Source: Candidatus Dojkabacteria bacterium (lineage in GTDB: Bacteria > Patescibacteriota > Dojkabacteria > B142 > OLB20). From it: a stretch of DNA of 64,000 nucleotides. The stretch spans positions 130 to 64,129 of the forward strand of contig JBHHUN010000006.1 of assembly GCA_046753765.1 (NCBI GenBank). The letters run 5' to 3'. A program made the position numbers and the translations under genes. Positions 47,884 through 57,247 of this stretch are shown here, piece by piece (the first letter of the stretch is position 1; each line of letters opens with the position of its first letter). The notes under the pieces were generated by a model. It ran no database searches. It had not been told where the DNA came from and saw only the letters and a list, made by a program, of their open reading frames with translations.

Positions 47884-47913
47884 TATCTAGGTACAACGCT
47901 CACTTTTTGGCCC

Positions 47914-48660
47914 TCAGACGAGCCTGACAACTGATGCTTTTTCAAAAATATTTGGGATGTTAAGTTTAAGGCTGCGATAAACCGAACTTGTTACCGAAAC
48001 GTCTGCCAGATAAAGCTCTCCGGTGTAGTCAAGTGCCCGCTCTGACAGAAGACCCCTCTTGGGAAGTGCCAGGGTAATTGTTGCATATGCGTTAACTGTA
48101 GGGTTCATCGGTTCACCTGTTTCACCATCAAGCCCGGAGGGGAGATCGTTTGAGATGACAATAGTGTCAACCATGTTGGCAAGGTTTATCATTTGGGATA
48201 TTGGTTTGCGGGGGTCGCCTTGCAGACGGTAACCTACCAGCCCGTCCAGAATTATATCGCTGTCTTTCAAGATTGATTCTGCTTTGTTTTCCTCAACTTC
48301 ATCGAAATAAAACAGGCTGGCTCCCGAGTTTTTTAGAATCTGTACCTGGGCGCTCGCTGGTTTGGTCATTTCGCTGTCTTTGTTCGAGAGAAGGGCGGTT
48401 ACGTGTGCCCCCGCGTTAAGCAGATGTCTGGCTGCAGCAAGAGTTCCGCCTCCATTGTTACCTTTTCCGGCCATTACTGTGATCGTTTTCCCCTGAACAG
48501 ATCCATCCAAGCTGCTGCGTATTACGTGAGCGATTGCCCGGCCTGCGTTCTCCATCATCATTATTATGGGGACACCGATCTCTTCTACCATAAGCCGGTC
48601 AATCTCTTTCATCTGGTCAACAGAAATCGTGGGGAGGGAGGTTTTATCGATCTTCTCCAT
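47914..48660 (-). CDS. NAD(P)H-hydrate epimerase (YjeF N-terminal domain)
   Basis: ITVMAGKGNNGGGTLAAARHLLNAGAHVT signature of the YjeF_N/NnrE family. Confidence 0.8.
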   Translation of the reverse strand: MEKIDKTSLPTISVDQMKEIDRLMVEEIGVPIIMMMENAGRAIAHVIRSSLDGSVQGKTITVMAGKGNNGGGTLAAARHLLNAGAHVTALLSNKDSEMTKPASAQVQILKNSGASLFYFDEVEENKAESILKDSDIILDGLVGYRLQGDPRKPISQMINLANMVDTIVISNDLPSGLDGETGEPMNPTVNAYATITLALPKRGLLSERALDYTGELYLADVSVTSSVYRSLKLNIPNIFEKASVVRLV

Positions 48661-48790
48661 GAAATTATTTTAACTGAGCTGGTTAAAAATATCCAGCTCG
48701 GAAGTTATGAGAGATTCTGGTATTTGTGGATAAATTAAGGACTAGTTAAGGTATGTGTTGTATAGATGGTTTATACATAGGGGTTAAAGT

Positions 48791-49450
48791 GTGAGACGGG
48801 ACAGGCAAAATCGGAAGGGTGTCTTTGATGTCATTCTTGATGTTATCTTCCCCGAATTTTGTGTTATCTGCGATACGATGGGACGGTACATATGTGATGA
48901 GTGTAAAAATGGCAAGCTGCAAAAGATTGCAGGAGTGCATTCCTTTAACCCTGGCGAGGATTCATTTTTGGAGGAGGTTATTGCTTGTGTCGAATATGAA
49001 AAGGCTGCAGCCAAGGTTCTGGGGGAAATAAAATACAACTTTTATCATGCAATCACAGGTGAGATTGCGCGCATGATGCAGGACCGTCTTGCAAAGGCAG
49101 GCATCACTTATGATTACTTGGTTCCTGTCCCGCTCTCCAGGAAGCGGCAGAATTGGAGGGGATTTAATCAGTCAGAGCTGATTGCAAAGAAGATCTCACC
49201 TAACACTCTGAACGCACTTTCAAGAAAGAGCTTCAAGAGGCCTCAGGTAGGGTTAAGTAGAGATGCCAGGCTCAAAAACGTTAAGAACGCTTTCAGGTTG
49301 AAAGAGAATATCAGGGGGAAGACACTTGTTTTGGTTGATGATGTAATGACTACTGGTGCCACACTTGAATCCTGTGCTGCGGCCTTAAAAAGAGGCGGGG
49401 CAAAGAGAGTTTATGGGTTAGTGTGGGCAAGGGATCTACTGAATGAATAG
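48791..49450 (+). CDS. comF: ComF-family phosphoribosyltransferase-domain protein
   Basis: N-terminal CxxC...CxxC zinc knuckle (CVICDTMGRYICDECK) and C-terminal PRTase motif LVLVDDVMTTGATL. Confidence 0.75.
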   Translation: MRRDRQNRKGVFDVILDVIFPEFCVICDTMGRYICDECKNGKLQKIAGVHSFNPGEDSFLEEVIACVEYEKAAAKVLGEIKYNFYHAITGEIARMMQDRLAKAGITYDYLVPVPLSRKRQNWRGFNQSELIAKKISPNTLNALSRKSFKRPQVGLSRDARLKNVKNAFRLKENIRGKTLVLVDDVMTTGATLESCAAALKRGGAKRVYGLVWARDLLNE

Positions 49451-49514
49451 GCAGTGGTGATTGACGAAAATCCTGGAATCAACTATTATGCATATAATAG
49501 TAAATATATGTATT

Positions 49515-49775
49515 ATGCGGAAGTTTACATCTACGCAACTAAACAGAGAGAGTAGAACAATTGTCAAAACTGTACTTAAGAATCCGGACGAGCCTGTTGT
49601 GATATACAATCACAAGGATCCGGAGGTCGTAATCATTAGCTACTCCACCTGGAAAAAAAGAAAGAGGCTTGGACAGAAATTACCTGCACTGGGGGACCTT
49701 GAAAAATATATGATCAAAACTGGGAAGAAAATTGACACTGCGAAGATGATCAGGGAATGGAGAGATGCGGAGTAA
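49515..49775 (+). CDS. Phd/YefM-type antitoxin
   Basis: MRKFTSTQLNRESRTIVKTVLKNPDEPVVIYNHKDPEVVIISYSTWKK matches the Phd/YefM pattern; 11-nt overlap with the downstream PIN gene. Confidence 0.55.
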   Translation: MRKFTSTQLNRESRTIVKTVLKNPDEPVVIYNHKDPEVVIISYSTWKKRKRLGQKLPALGDLEKYMIKTGKKIDTAKMIREWRDAE

Positions 49776-50157
49776 ACGGGTCATAGATACAAGTTTTGTC
49801 TCGTCTTTGGTTGTTGCAGACGATGTCAATCATCAAAAAGCGATAAAGCTGTACCTTGATCTTAAACCAGGGACAGCACTCATAGCGCCCAGGACGGTTC
49901 AGCTTGAAGCCCTTCATGTTGCAGAGAGATTAGACAGTCACGACTCTATGGTATCTTTTCTGAAGAAACTGAAGGTTCGATGGGTGGACATTGATGAGGG
50001 GTTTATGCGAAAGTACGCGAAATTTTTCAAGGGTAAAAAGGCCAACTTAAAACCGATTGATTCTACAATCTGGTTCCTGGCTACAACGATAAAGGCTAAC
50101 GTACTCAGTTTTGATAGAAAGCTTTTACGGGCAGTTGATGCTGGGTTTGGCAAGTAG
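49765..50157 (+). CDS. PIN-domain (VapC-like) toxin
   Basis: VIDTSFVSSLVV (first Asp), central acidic residues, C-terminal KPIDSTIWFLATTIKANVLSFDRK. Confidence 0.65.
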   Translation: MRSKRVIDTSFVSSLVVADDVNHQKAIKLYLDLKPGTALIAPRTVQLEALHVAERLDSHDSMVSFLKKLKVRWVDIDEGFMRKYAKFFKGKKANLKPIDSTIWFLATTIKANVLSFDRKLLRAVDAGFGK

Positions 50158-50161
50158 AAGA

Positions 50162-50539
50162 CTATGCCTCTCGCTGATCTGCGGGAAGCCATTCCCTGAC
50201 CGTATTGTATGCACTAGCAGCGCCTTGCCTCACGGTTTTGGCAGTATGAGTGACACCATCCCGTGCAATTCTAGCCATATTTCTTGCTCCATTGCGTGTT
50301 CGCTCATGAAAAACTAAGCCTAATCCGTAGTGAATTGTAGATAGTCCAGTAATGGTTAGTAAGATACTTCTAATCTGCCTAAAAGGCCTTTTTGGGAGAT
50401 CATCTTCAATAGATCTCAACTCGACTGGACCTGAATCTGGACCCGTAGCCATGTTATATTTGATAACAAAAAGATATACTTTCATTATATAACGGACGAT
50501 GGGAATCATGTCACACTCCTGCAAAAAGTTGAGATACAC
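50162..50539 (-). CDS. Hypothetical protein
   Basis: 125-aa ORF; no motif recognised; start uncertain. Confidence 0.3.
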   Translation of the reverse strand: MYLNFLQECDMIPIVRYIMKVYLFVIKYNMATGPDSGPVELRSIEDDLPKRPFRQIRSILLTITGLSTIHYGLGLVFHERTRNGARNMARIARDGVTHTAKTVRQGAASAYNTVREWLPADQREA

Positions 50540-50582
50540 TGGGGATGTGTGGAATAATGAGCGATATAACAGCAGACCATAA

Positions 50583-51896
50583 ATGGATCTTCACTACAAA
50601 GACTCAGCACTTATCGATGAGAATGAACTGTCAGCCGAACTTGAGCGACTGAGGCCGTACAGGGATCATCTGGCGGAAGTGGTTGAGAACAACGATCTCA
50701 CTGTACCAGAGGCTTCCATTAATCTTCCTGGACGCATCGAGACTCTGGAGGAAATTGAAGAGATGGCAGCAAAAGTAGGGACAAAATCACTGCGTTACGT
50801 TCTCGTGATAGGCATTGGTGGATCCAATCTTGGTGCTCAGGCGATTTACAACGCAATCTACGGTAAAGAATACAACTTTCTCGAACATCAACAAACCGAG
50901 CTTTTGTTTTTAGATACCGTTTCACCGACTCGCCTTAAGAACATCCTGGATCTCCTGAGAGATGAGATTAAAGACCCCAGGGAGCTTCTTGTAAATGTTG
51001 TAAGCAAGTCAGGGAGCACAAACGAAACGATTGCAAACTTCAAGATTGTTTTGCAGCAACTACAAGAGCTGTTTCCGAATATTCAAGATCGATTTGTGTT
51101 CACAACAGATAAAGGGACAGACCTGTGGAATACAGCACAAAAGGAGGGCGCCCACATTCTTGAGCATCCTCAACATGTTGGAGGTAGATATTCAGTTCTC
51201 TCGGTCGTTGGACTCTTTCCATTGTATTTGGCAGGAGTTGACACAAAAGCCCTCTTAGAAGGTGCTAGTTCGATGGTCGAAAATAGTATTGATGAAGATT
51301 TCAGTAACAGCCTTTCCAGACTGTCTGCGGGCATAATTTACATCCATGCGAAGAGGGGGATTAGAATTAACAATAGCTTCTTTTTTAACCCAGAGCTTGA
51401 ATCAGTAGGAAAGTGGTACAGACAACTAATGGGCGAGAGCATTGGTAAACAGTATGATGTTGACGGTACCGAGGTAAACTCCGGCATTACACCAATTGTC
51501 TCAATCGGCTCGACAGACCTCCATTCTATGGCGCAGCTGTACTATGGGGGGCCACATGATAAGTTAACCAATATCGTCTTTGCGCGGCATCCGGAGGGTG
51601 AATTTCCTATTCCGGATAGTGACACCTATTCAGGTTTGGTAGAGAGTCTTAAGGGGAAAAGTGCGGGAGAATTGATGGATGCGATTATTGGTGGTGTTAA
51701 GAAAGCCTACGAAAACAACGGGTTACCATATGTCGAGGTTGAGCTTCCGGGTATCAACGAAAGGTCCATTGGGAGCTATATGCAGATGAAGATGGTGGAG
51801 ATGATGTATCTTGCGAAACTAATGAACCTGAACGCGTTTGACCAGCCCAGTGTTGAAGATTATAAATTAGAAACAAAAAAACTACTAAAATTATGA
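50583..51896 (+). CDS. pgi: Glucose-6-phosphate isomerase
   Basis: GIGGSNLGAQAIY and GGRYSVLSVVGLFP PGI signatures, 437 aa. Confidence 0.85.
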   Translation: MDLHYKDSALIDENELSAELERLRPYRDHLAEVVENNDLTVPEASINLPGRIETLEEIEEMAAKVGTKSLRYVLVIGIGGSNLGAQAIYNAIYGKEYNFLEHQQTELLFLDTVSPTRLKNILDLLRDEIKDPRELLVNVVSKSGSTNETIANFKIVLQQLQELFPNIQDRFVFTTDKGTDLWNTAQKEGAHILEHPQHVGGRYSVLSVVGLFPLYLAGVDTKALLEGASSMVENSIDEDFSNSLSRLSAGIIYIHAKRGIRINNSFFFNPELESVGKWYRQLMGESIGKQYDVDGTEVNSGITPIVSIGSTDLHSMAQLYYGGPHDKLTNIVFARHPEGEFPIPDSDTYSGLVESLKGKSAGELMDAIIGGVKKAYENNGLPYVEVELPGINERSIGSYMQMKMVEMMYLAKLMNLNAFDQPSVEDYKLETKKLLKL

Positions 51897-52264
51897 AAAT
51901 ATACGTATCACACTCAAGCAATTTTGACTACAAGGTAGAGCTGTACGCTCCCATTCGTGAGTCAGAGCTTAATAAAGTTCATAGATTCACGCTCCCTCAT
52001 GAGGACTCCGATGAGCAGTACGATTCCCGCACAGAGATGCCGGAATTTGGAATGGTGCTGGCTGAGGTATCGTTCCCCTCAACGGGACAAGGTATTGAGC
52101 TTGGCTGGGCGGATAGCGAGACGATCCCAATTGTGTGTATTTATAAAACGGGCGCAAAGATCTCCGGGGCGCTGGAGGTAATCAGCGATGTATTCATTGA
52201 TTACGATGATTCGCAGGACATGATCATCAAATTCACCGACTTTCTGGCGCAGGACACAATTTAG
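51893..52264 (+). CDS. Nucleoside 2-deoxyribosyltransferase-like (NDT-fold) protein
   Basis: MKIYVSHS... and VLAEVSFPSTGQGIELGWA, compared with the NDT catalytic motif DVGLGMELGYA. Confidence 0.55.
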   Translation: MKIYVSHSSNFDYKVELYAPIRESELNKVHRFTLPHEDSDEQYDSRTEMPEFGMVLAEVSFPSTGQGIELGWADSETIPIVCIYKTGAKISGALEVISDVFIDYDDSQDMIIKFTDFLAQDTI

Positions 52265-52364
52265 GGATACTACTATCCTAGCAGCACACACGAAGCATAC
52301 GAGGAGTGGCAGAGGGCGGCAAAATAAACTATAGTATCCACATAACATCTTATTTATCCAGACC

Positions 52365-52973
52365 ATGGAACAACAAACTGAATCGCAGGCTCCTATGCCA
52401 GCAGCTCCACCACAGAAGAGCAACATCATTCTTTATGTGCTGATCGCCTTCATTCTTGGGTTAATATTGGGAGCGCTCGGCTTTTCACTTCTTGGCGGCA
52501 CGCTAAATACAACAACCGATAACAAGACTGAGCCAACCGCCACGGTAGAACCGACCGAGGCAGTCCCTGCAGTCGATCTCACACAAAAATGTACAACCGA
52601 TTCGTTAAATGTGACGGTAAACCTGCCTGCAGGCTGGACCTGTAAAGGTGACGAGGTAGGCAGTGCAAACTTCGCCCTTGAAATCAGTGGCAACGATTTT
52701 GATATTACGATCAGTAACCTGGGGCGAGGGGTTGGTTGTGCACCAGGTGCTGACTCTGATGATTGTACTGAAGAAGAGTATTACAAGGGAGATGCAGTCG
52801 ACCTAACCGTTCAAAGGACTGATGGTGTGATGGGAGAGATCTATGGACCCATGAAGGTCAAGGATGAGTCAGGCGGTTTCCCGTTTATCTTTATCACCTA
52901 TACCGGAACAGAGGATGAGATGCCGGCAGCAAGCAAAGACCTTCTAACCGCAATCCTTGATGGAATCGAATAA
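52365..52973 (+). CDS. Membrane-anchored hypothetical ectoprotein (4 Cys)
   Basis: Pro/Ala-rich N-terminus, TM (IILYVLIAFILGLILGALGF), then a Thr-rich linker and a soluble domain. Confidence 0.45.
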   Translation: MEQQTESQAPMPAAPPQKSNIILYVLIAFILGLILGALGFSLLGGTLNTTTDNKTEPTATVEPTEAVPAVDLTQKCTTDSLNVTVNLPAGWTCKGDEVGSANFALEISGNDFDITISNLGRGVGCAPGADSDDCTEEEYYKGDAVDLTVQRTDGVMGEIYGPMKVKDESGGFPFIFITYTGTEDEMPAASKDLLTAILDGIE

Positions 52974-52982
52974 AAGCTGACC

Positions 52983-53423
52983 TTGACGATAAACATAGAA
53001 CCAACAAACGAAAAATGTGCCGGGTTGATTCTTGACAAAGAGGGCAGACTGCTCATTGTTGAACCGACAGGTAAGGAACTATGGATTAATGTTGGTGGGA
53101 AGATTGAAGATGGTGAAACACATCTGGAATGTCTCGCCCGCGAAATAGAAGAGGAGTTGTGTCTTGAACTCAAGGGTGAAGTAACTCCATATCATGTTAG
53201 TGCAGTTGTCCCTGCTGCAAACAATCCCGAAAAGACTGTTAGAATATCCATTCTTACTTAGTTGAGGTAGAAGAGCTCTCCCCGCGCATAGAAAAACACG
53301 AAAAGTTAAGTGATTTCCACTGGCTCACAATGAAAGAGTACGAAGAAGGGAAGTACAAACTGGGTAGTATCCTACAGGACTTCATAATCCCAAAGCTGAT
53401 AGAGGACGGTCTGATGAAATAGT
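52983..53423 (+). pseudogene. Nudix hydrolase gene interrupted by a frameshift/stop near 53260
   Basis: Nudix box GGKIEDGETHLECLAREIEEELCL in frame 1 ends at TAG 53259-53261; the C-terminal continuation EVEELSPRIEKHEKLSDFHWLTMKEYEEG... reads on in another frame to 53423. Confidence 0.5.
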
Positions 53424-53457
53424 TTTGTGGCATAGTGATCCGGCCGGAGTTACTCAG

Positions 53458-54927
53458 CTATTGTGTGCTTTGAGTAGCAGGGACCTGGCAATCCATCCCG
53501 TTTTGTATCCCATCGAGGCCAAGCCAGGCGAGTGTCCTGACGTCGTTATTAGGATCAGCGAACACCCAGTAGCATTCCTGTGAGTACACGGGGGTCTGCT
53601 CGCGGTGTGCGTCAAAGATACTTTCGGATCGTTGTTTTGCAATCTGAAGAAACTGCAGATTATATGTTAGGCCGTCATTTCCTGCGAGGTGCTCGTTAAC
53701 AGCGTACAACTCTTGCTCGAATATGCTGGTTGTGCCCCAGAGCTTTTTGCTCACCGGGTCGGATGAAGAAAACAAGCTCGTTAGAACAATAAGGGGTAAG
53801 ATGATCTTAACCATCCAGCCAAAGAAGGTGGATTTTTCAATGATCATATATGTAGTATAAGCAACCCCCAGGAGTAGAATAGGGATGAGCGGAAGTCCAT
53901 AGCGTGTAATTGTATAGGTCTGAAATGTAAGGACTGTCAAGAAATATCCAAGGAAGAATAAAAGCATTGCGGCGAACACACGAATCTTCTGATCCCCGGC
54001 TTTTACTGCAGCAACAATGTTTCTCTTTTGCCCTCTTTTTGCCGTCCATAGATAAAGAATTGGTCCTGTCAAAAAGATGCCCCATAAAACCCAGTTGAAG
54101 TTAAGGATGAGCAACTGGTTCCAGTTTTGAAAAGCCCACTGATTGAGGAAGTCGAGTGAAACCAGGTTATTTATAACTGTCGCAATAGCACCAATCTCCG
54201 GATTATTTGTGAATATCCAATCCCCCCAGACCTTGCTACCGTTCGAACTTAAAAAGGATTGCCAGGCTATAAATACTAAAAAGGGTAGCAATATAAGTAG
54301 TTTTTTGTAGTTTGCTTTTAGCTTCAATTTCTTTCTCTTTATTATTTGAGTCAGCAGCTGATATATCCCAAATAGGAGCTCAGTGGCAATCACAGCACCG
54401 GCAAGTGCAAGGCCCTGCTCTTTGATCATAACGGCTAACATTAGCGTAAATCCAAGTAACAGATATCTTTTCTCGAGATATAGAAACAGAGTTGCCAGTA
54501 GAACAACCGCCAGTACGAAGTCTTTCAGCCAGAAGAGACTTAAAGACAGGTAGAGAGGTGATGTTGATATGAGCAGCGCGAAGATAAGCCCAACTTTTTT
54601 ACTGAACAGCCGTGAGCCGAGCAGGTACGCAAACACAACCCCAATAATAGAAATCGTTATTCCAATCAGGTTGTATATGATGTGGCTGACACCAAATAGT
54701 TTGATAGCTGTTGATCCGAGAAGTACCTTAAAGGGAGGATGAATACTGGCCCAGTTTGCTATCAACTGATCAAATCCACCCTCGAAGAAATCCATTGACT
54801 GGACGAAATCAATATTGCCATCAAGATAGGGGAGTGTACTTGCGAACAGTCCTGTGAGGAGGACTACCAATGTGACGGGCAGGGCGAGAGTGCGGTTTTC
54901 TTTCAGCCACTTTCTGAGTGCCTTCAT
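53458..54927 (-). CDS. GT39/GT83-like (PMT/ArnT-family) membrane glycosyltransferase
   Basis: 489 aa, at least 11 TM helices, N-terminal loop and overall layout like dolichyl-phosphate-mannose protein mannosyltransferase-type glycosyltransferases. Confidence 0.55.
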   Translation of the reverse strand: MKALRKWLKENRTLALPVTLVVLLTGLFASTLPYLDGNIDFVQSMDFFEGGFDQLIANWASIHPPFKVLLGSTAIKLFGVSHIIYNLIGITISIIGVVFAYLLGSRLFSKKVGLIFALLISTSPLYLSLSLFWLKDFVLAVVLLATLFLYLEKRYLLLGFTLMLAVMIKEQGLALAGAVIATELLFGIYQLLTQIIKRKKLKLKANYKKLLILLPFLVFIAWQSFLSSNGSKVWGDWIFTNNPEIGAIATVINNLVSLDFLNQWAFQNWNQLLILNFNWVLWGIFLTGPILYLWTAKRGQKRNIVAAVKAGDQKIRVFAAMLLFFLGYFLTVLTFQTYTITRYGLPLIPILLLGVAYTTYMIIEKSTFFGWMVKIILPLIVLTSLFSSSDPVSKKLWGTTSIFEQELYAVNEHLAGNDGLTYNLQFLQIAKQRSESIFDAHREQTPVYSQECYWVFADPNNDVRTLAWLGLDGIQNGMDCQVPATQSTQ

Positions 54928-55685
54928 CCCTCTGTAGGCAGTTCGTCTTGAATAAATTTCACAGTTTTTGCAATAACTTCGTCTTGCTCGTGCCTAAAGG
55001 AATGATCTGCTCCCTGTAGCAGTCCTAGCTCCTTGATACCCGGAAGAAGTTCAAATGCTTTTTCAGATTGTTGATAGGGGACGTCTTTATCTGAGTCACC
55101 ATGAAGAAGCAGCGTGGGAACATATACTTTTTTAAGTAGATCGTATACATCTACGTCAACAATCTCTTTGTAGAGTTTTGGTCCGACCCTGAACTCTTCT
55201 ATTTCTACGAACCCTTCCTTTTTCAGTTTTTCTTCTGAACGTACGTTTATGAAGTCTCTGAACAAGCAATCCCGAAGTTCAAATAGGGGATACCAGAACA
55301 CCATCATATCGACCTTTTCAGTGTAGGCTTTTGCTAAGACAGCCCCGGCGAAGCTTTCGCCAACAAGGATAATCCTCTTATATCTTTCTTTCTTTGCGTG
55401 TCCAATGATTGTTTTTAAATCCTTGACTTCTCCTGCAAGTGTCATGTCTTCCTGGTTACCTTCACTTGGAGAAGTGCCTCGGAAATTGAATCGGATCACA
55501 GAATAACCCTCTTCTTGTAGTCTTCTAGAAAGCTTGACATAGATATCCTGTGGACCGTTCATGTTGCCAGTATAACCATGTGCCAAAATGACAACCGCTT
55601 TTTGCCCTGGATTTTCAATCACCCCAAACAGCTCCTGCCCCGCCACTTTTAACTTTAGATCCTGATGCATGGCGATATTATACAA
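54924..55685 (-). CDS. Alpha/beta-hydrolase fold protein
   Basis: Nucleophile elbow GESFAG, HGYTG oxyanion region and C-terminal HGDSDKDVP...H triad. Confidence 0.7.
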   Translation of the reverse strand: MYNIAMHQDLKLKVAGQELFGVIENPGQKAVVILAHGYTGNMNGPQDIYVKLSRRLQEEGYSVIRFNFRGTSPSEGNQEDMTLAGEVKDLKTIIGHAKKERYKRIILVGESFAGAVLAKAYTEKVDMMVFWYPLFELRDCLFRDFINVRSEEKLKKEGFVEIEEFRVGPKLYKEIVDVDVYDLLKKVYVPTLLLHGDSDKDVPYQQSEKAFELLPGIKELGLLQGADHSFRHEQDEVIAKTVKFIQDELPTEG

Positions 55686-55751
55686 TTTGAACGTAGCGTT
55701 GACTATCTTAAGAGCATTGAACTACACATCCATTTGATAGATAATTCATAC

Positions 55752-56195
55752 ATGTCAGGAGACAATACAGACACAAATATTAAGCAGTTCCGAAACGGTG
55801 GATGGGATAACAGAGGTGTTTCCGTGGATGCGATTGTCGTTAATGAGCACGGTGAGCTGCTGCTAATCAGGAGAGGAGTGGAGCCCTTTAAGGGAAGCTG
55901 GGCGCTGCCGGGTGGTTACGTTGACTGGGATGAAACCGTTGAAGAGGCTGTTGCGAGGGAACTTAAAGAAGAGACAACACTTGACGCTGTGAGCATGGTT
56001 TTGATCGGAGTATTCAGTAAGCCATCCCGGCACCCAAACCAGGTAATTAATGTTGCGTTTCTGGTTGAGGCAAAGGGAGATGCCTCTGCAGGTGATGACG
56101 CTGTTGATCTTAGATATCTCCCTTTAAGTGATCTTCCAAAGTTGGCGTTTGATCATGCAGAGATAATTTCGGATTACCTGAAGCGAAATGATTAA
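55752..56195 (+). CDS. Nudix hydrolase
   Basis: Nudix box GSWALPGGYVDWDETVEEAVARELKEETTL; start taken at the Met giving about 148 aa. Confidence 0.7.
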   Translation: MSGDNTDTNIKQFRNGGWDNRGVSVDAIVVNEHGELLLIRRGVEPFKGSWALPGGYVDWDETVEEAVARELKEETTLDAVSMVLIGVFSKPSRHPNQVINVAFLVEAKGDASAGDDAVDLRYLPLSDLPKLAFDHAEIISDYLKRND

Positions 56196-57036
56196 AGCAG
56201 TTATTCTTGATGTTGATGGTGTGATTGTCGGTGGTAAGCCAGGAGTGAACTTTCCATATCCCTCAGACAAAGTTATCACAGCATTAAAAAAGCTGAATGC
56301 CAGTGGAGTGCCGGTGGCGCTCATGACATCAAAATCTCATTTCGGAACGATGAAGATCATTGAAGACGCTGAGCTTGGGTCCAGCATTCATATTACAGAT
56401 GGTGGTTCGGTTATTATCGACTGGTCAAACGGAACAATAGATGCCCACAGGACAATTGATAAGGCAGTTGTGGGGAAGGCCCTGCAGAAGCTATTAGGTG
56501 AGACGATCTACACCGAGGTGTACACAACTCAGGCCTGGCACGTTCAGAGTAATCTTGATGGTGAGATGCACAAGGTTCACGCGGAGATACTTCAGAAGCA
56601 GCCCGAGGTTGTCCGTGATTTAAAGAGTTTTGTTGAAGAGCTGCCGGTAACAAAAATCATTGCCTCGCCAAGCCCTGAGCATGAGGCCCTGCAAAAAGAG
56701 ATGATTGAAATATTGGACCCTGAGCTTAAGGTCAGTTGGAGCAGCCACCCGGCATTTGGACAACGGAAGTTGGCGATAATTACCCCTAAAGCTGTATCAA
56801 AGCGCTCAGGGGCTGAGCGTATATCGGAGCATTTGAGTATAGAGCTAAATGATTTTCTTGGTGTAGGGGATAACTTATCCGATTGGCAGTTTATGGAGTT
56901 TTGTGGGTACACTGCGACTGTTGCTAACGGATCGGATGAGCTAAAAAAGCTCGTTGGTGAGGCGAATGGATTTCTTGGCCCTTCGGTTGATGACAATGGA
57001 ATCCTTGATATCTTCGAACACTTTAATCTTTTATAG
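56188..57036 (+). CDS. HAD-superfamily hydrolase, Cof-like (subfamily IIB)
   Basis: MIKAVILDVDGVIV motif I and GVGDNLSDWQFME motif IV with cap insertion. Confidence 0.75.
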   Translation: MIKAVILDVDGVIVGGKPGVNFPYPSDKVITALKKLNASGVPVALMTSKSHFGTMKIIEDAELGSSIHITDGGSVIIDWSNGTIDAHRTIDKAVVGKALQKLLGETIYTEVYTTQAWHVQSNLDGEMHKVHAEILQKQPEVVRDLKSFVEELPVTKIIASPSPEHEALQKEMIEILDPELKVSWSSHPAFGQRKLAIITPKAVSKRSGAERISEHLSIELNDFLGVGDNLSDWQFMEFCGYTATVANGSDELKKLVGEANGFLGPSVDDNGILDIFEHFNLL

Positions 57037-57247
57037 TTAGATTATGGATACAACAACAATAGTTGGAATCAGTGGGGACGGTGGCATAAAGACAGTATTA
57101 GCTACGACCTAGCCAACTTTCTTGGCGGCTCAATTCTGGTCATCTACGCACTGCTTCTTTCTAGCTGGCCGTTTGTATTGCTCAATTTCGTCTGGGCAGG
57201 TTTCTCACTGAGGGACATTCTCAAGAGGGGTGGCTCCTAGTCCAGAC

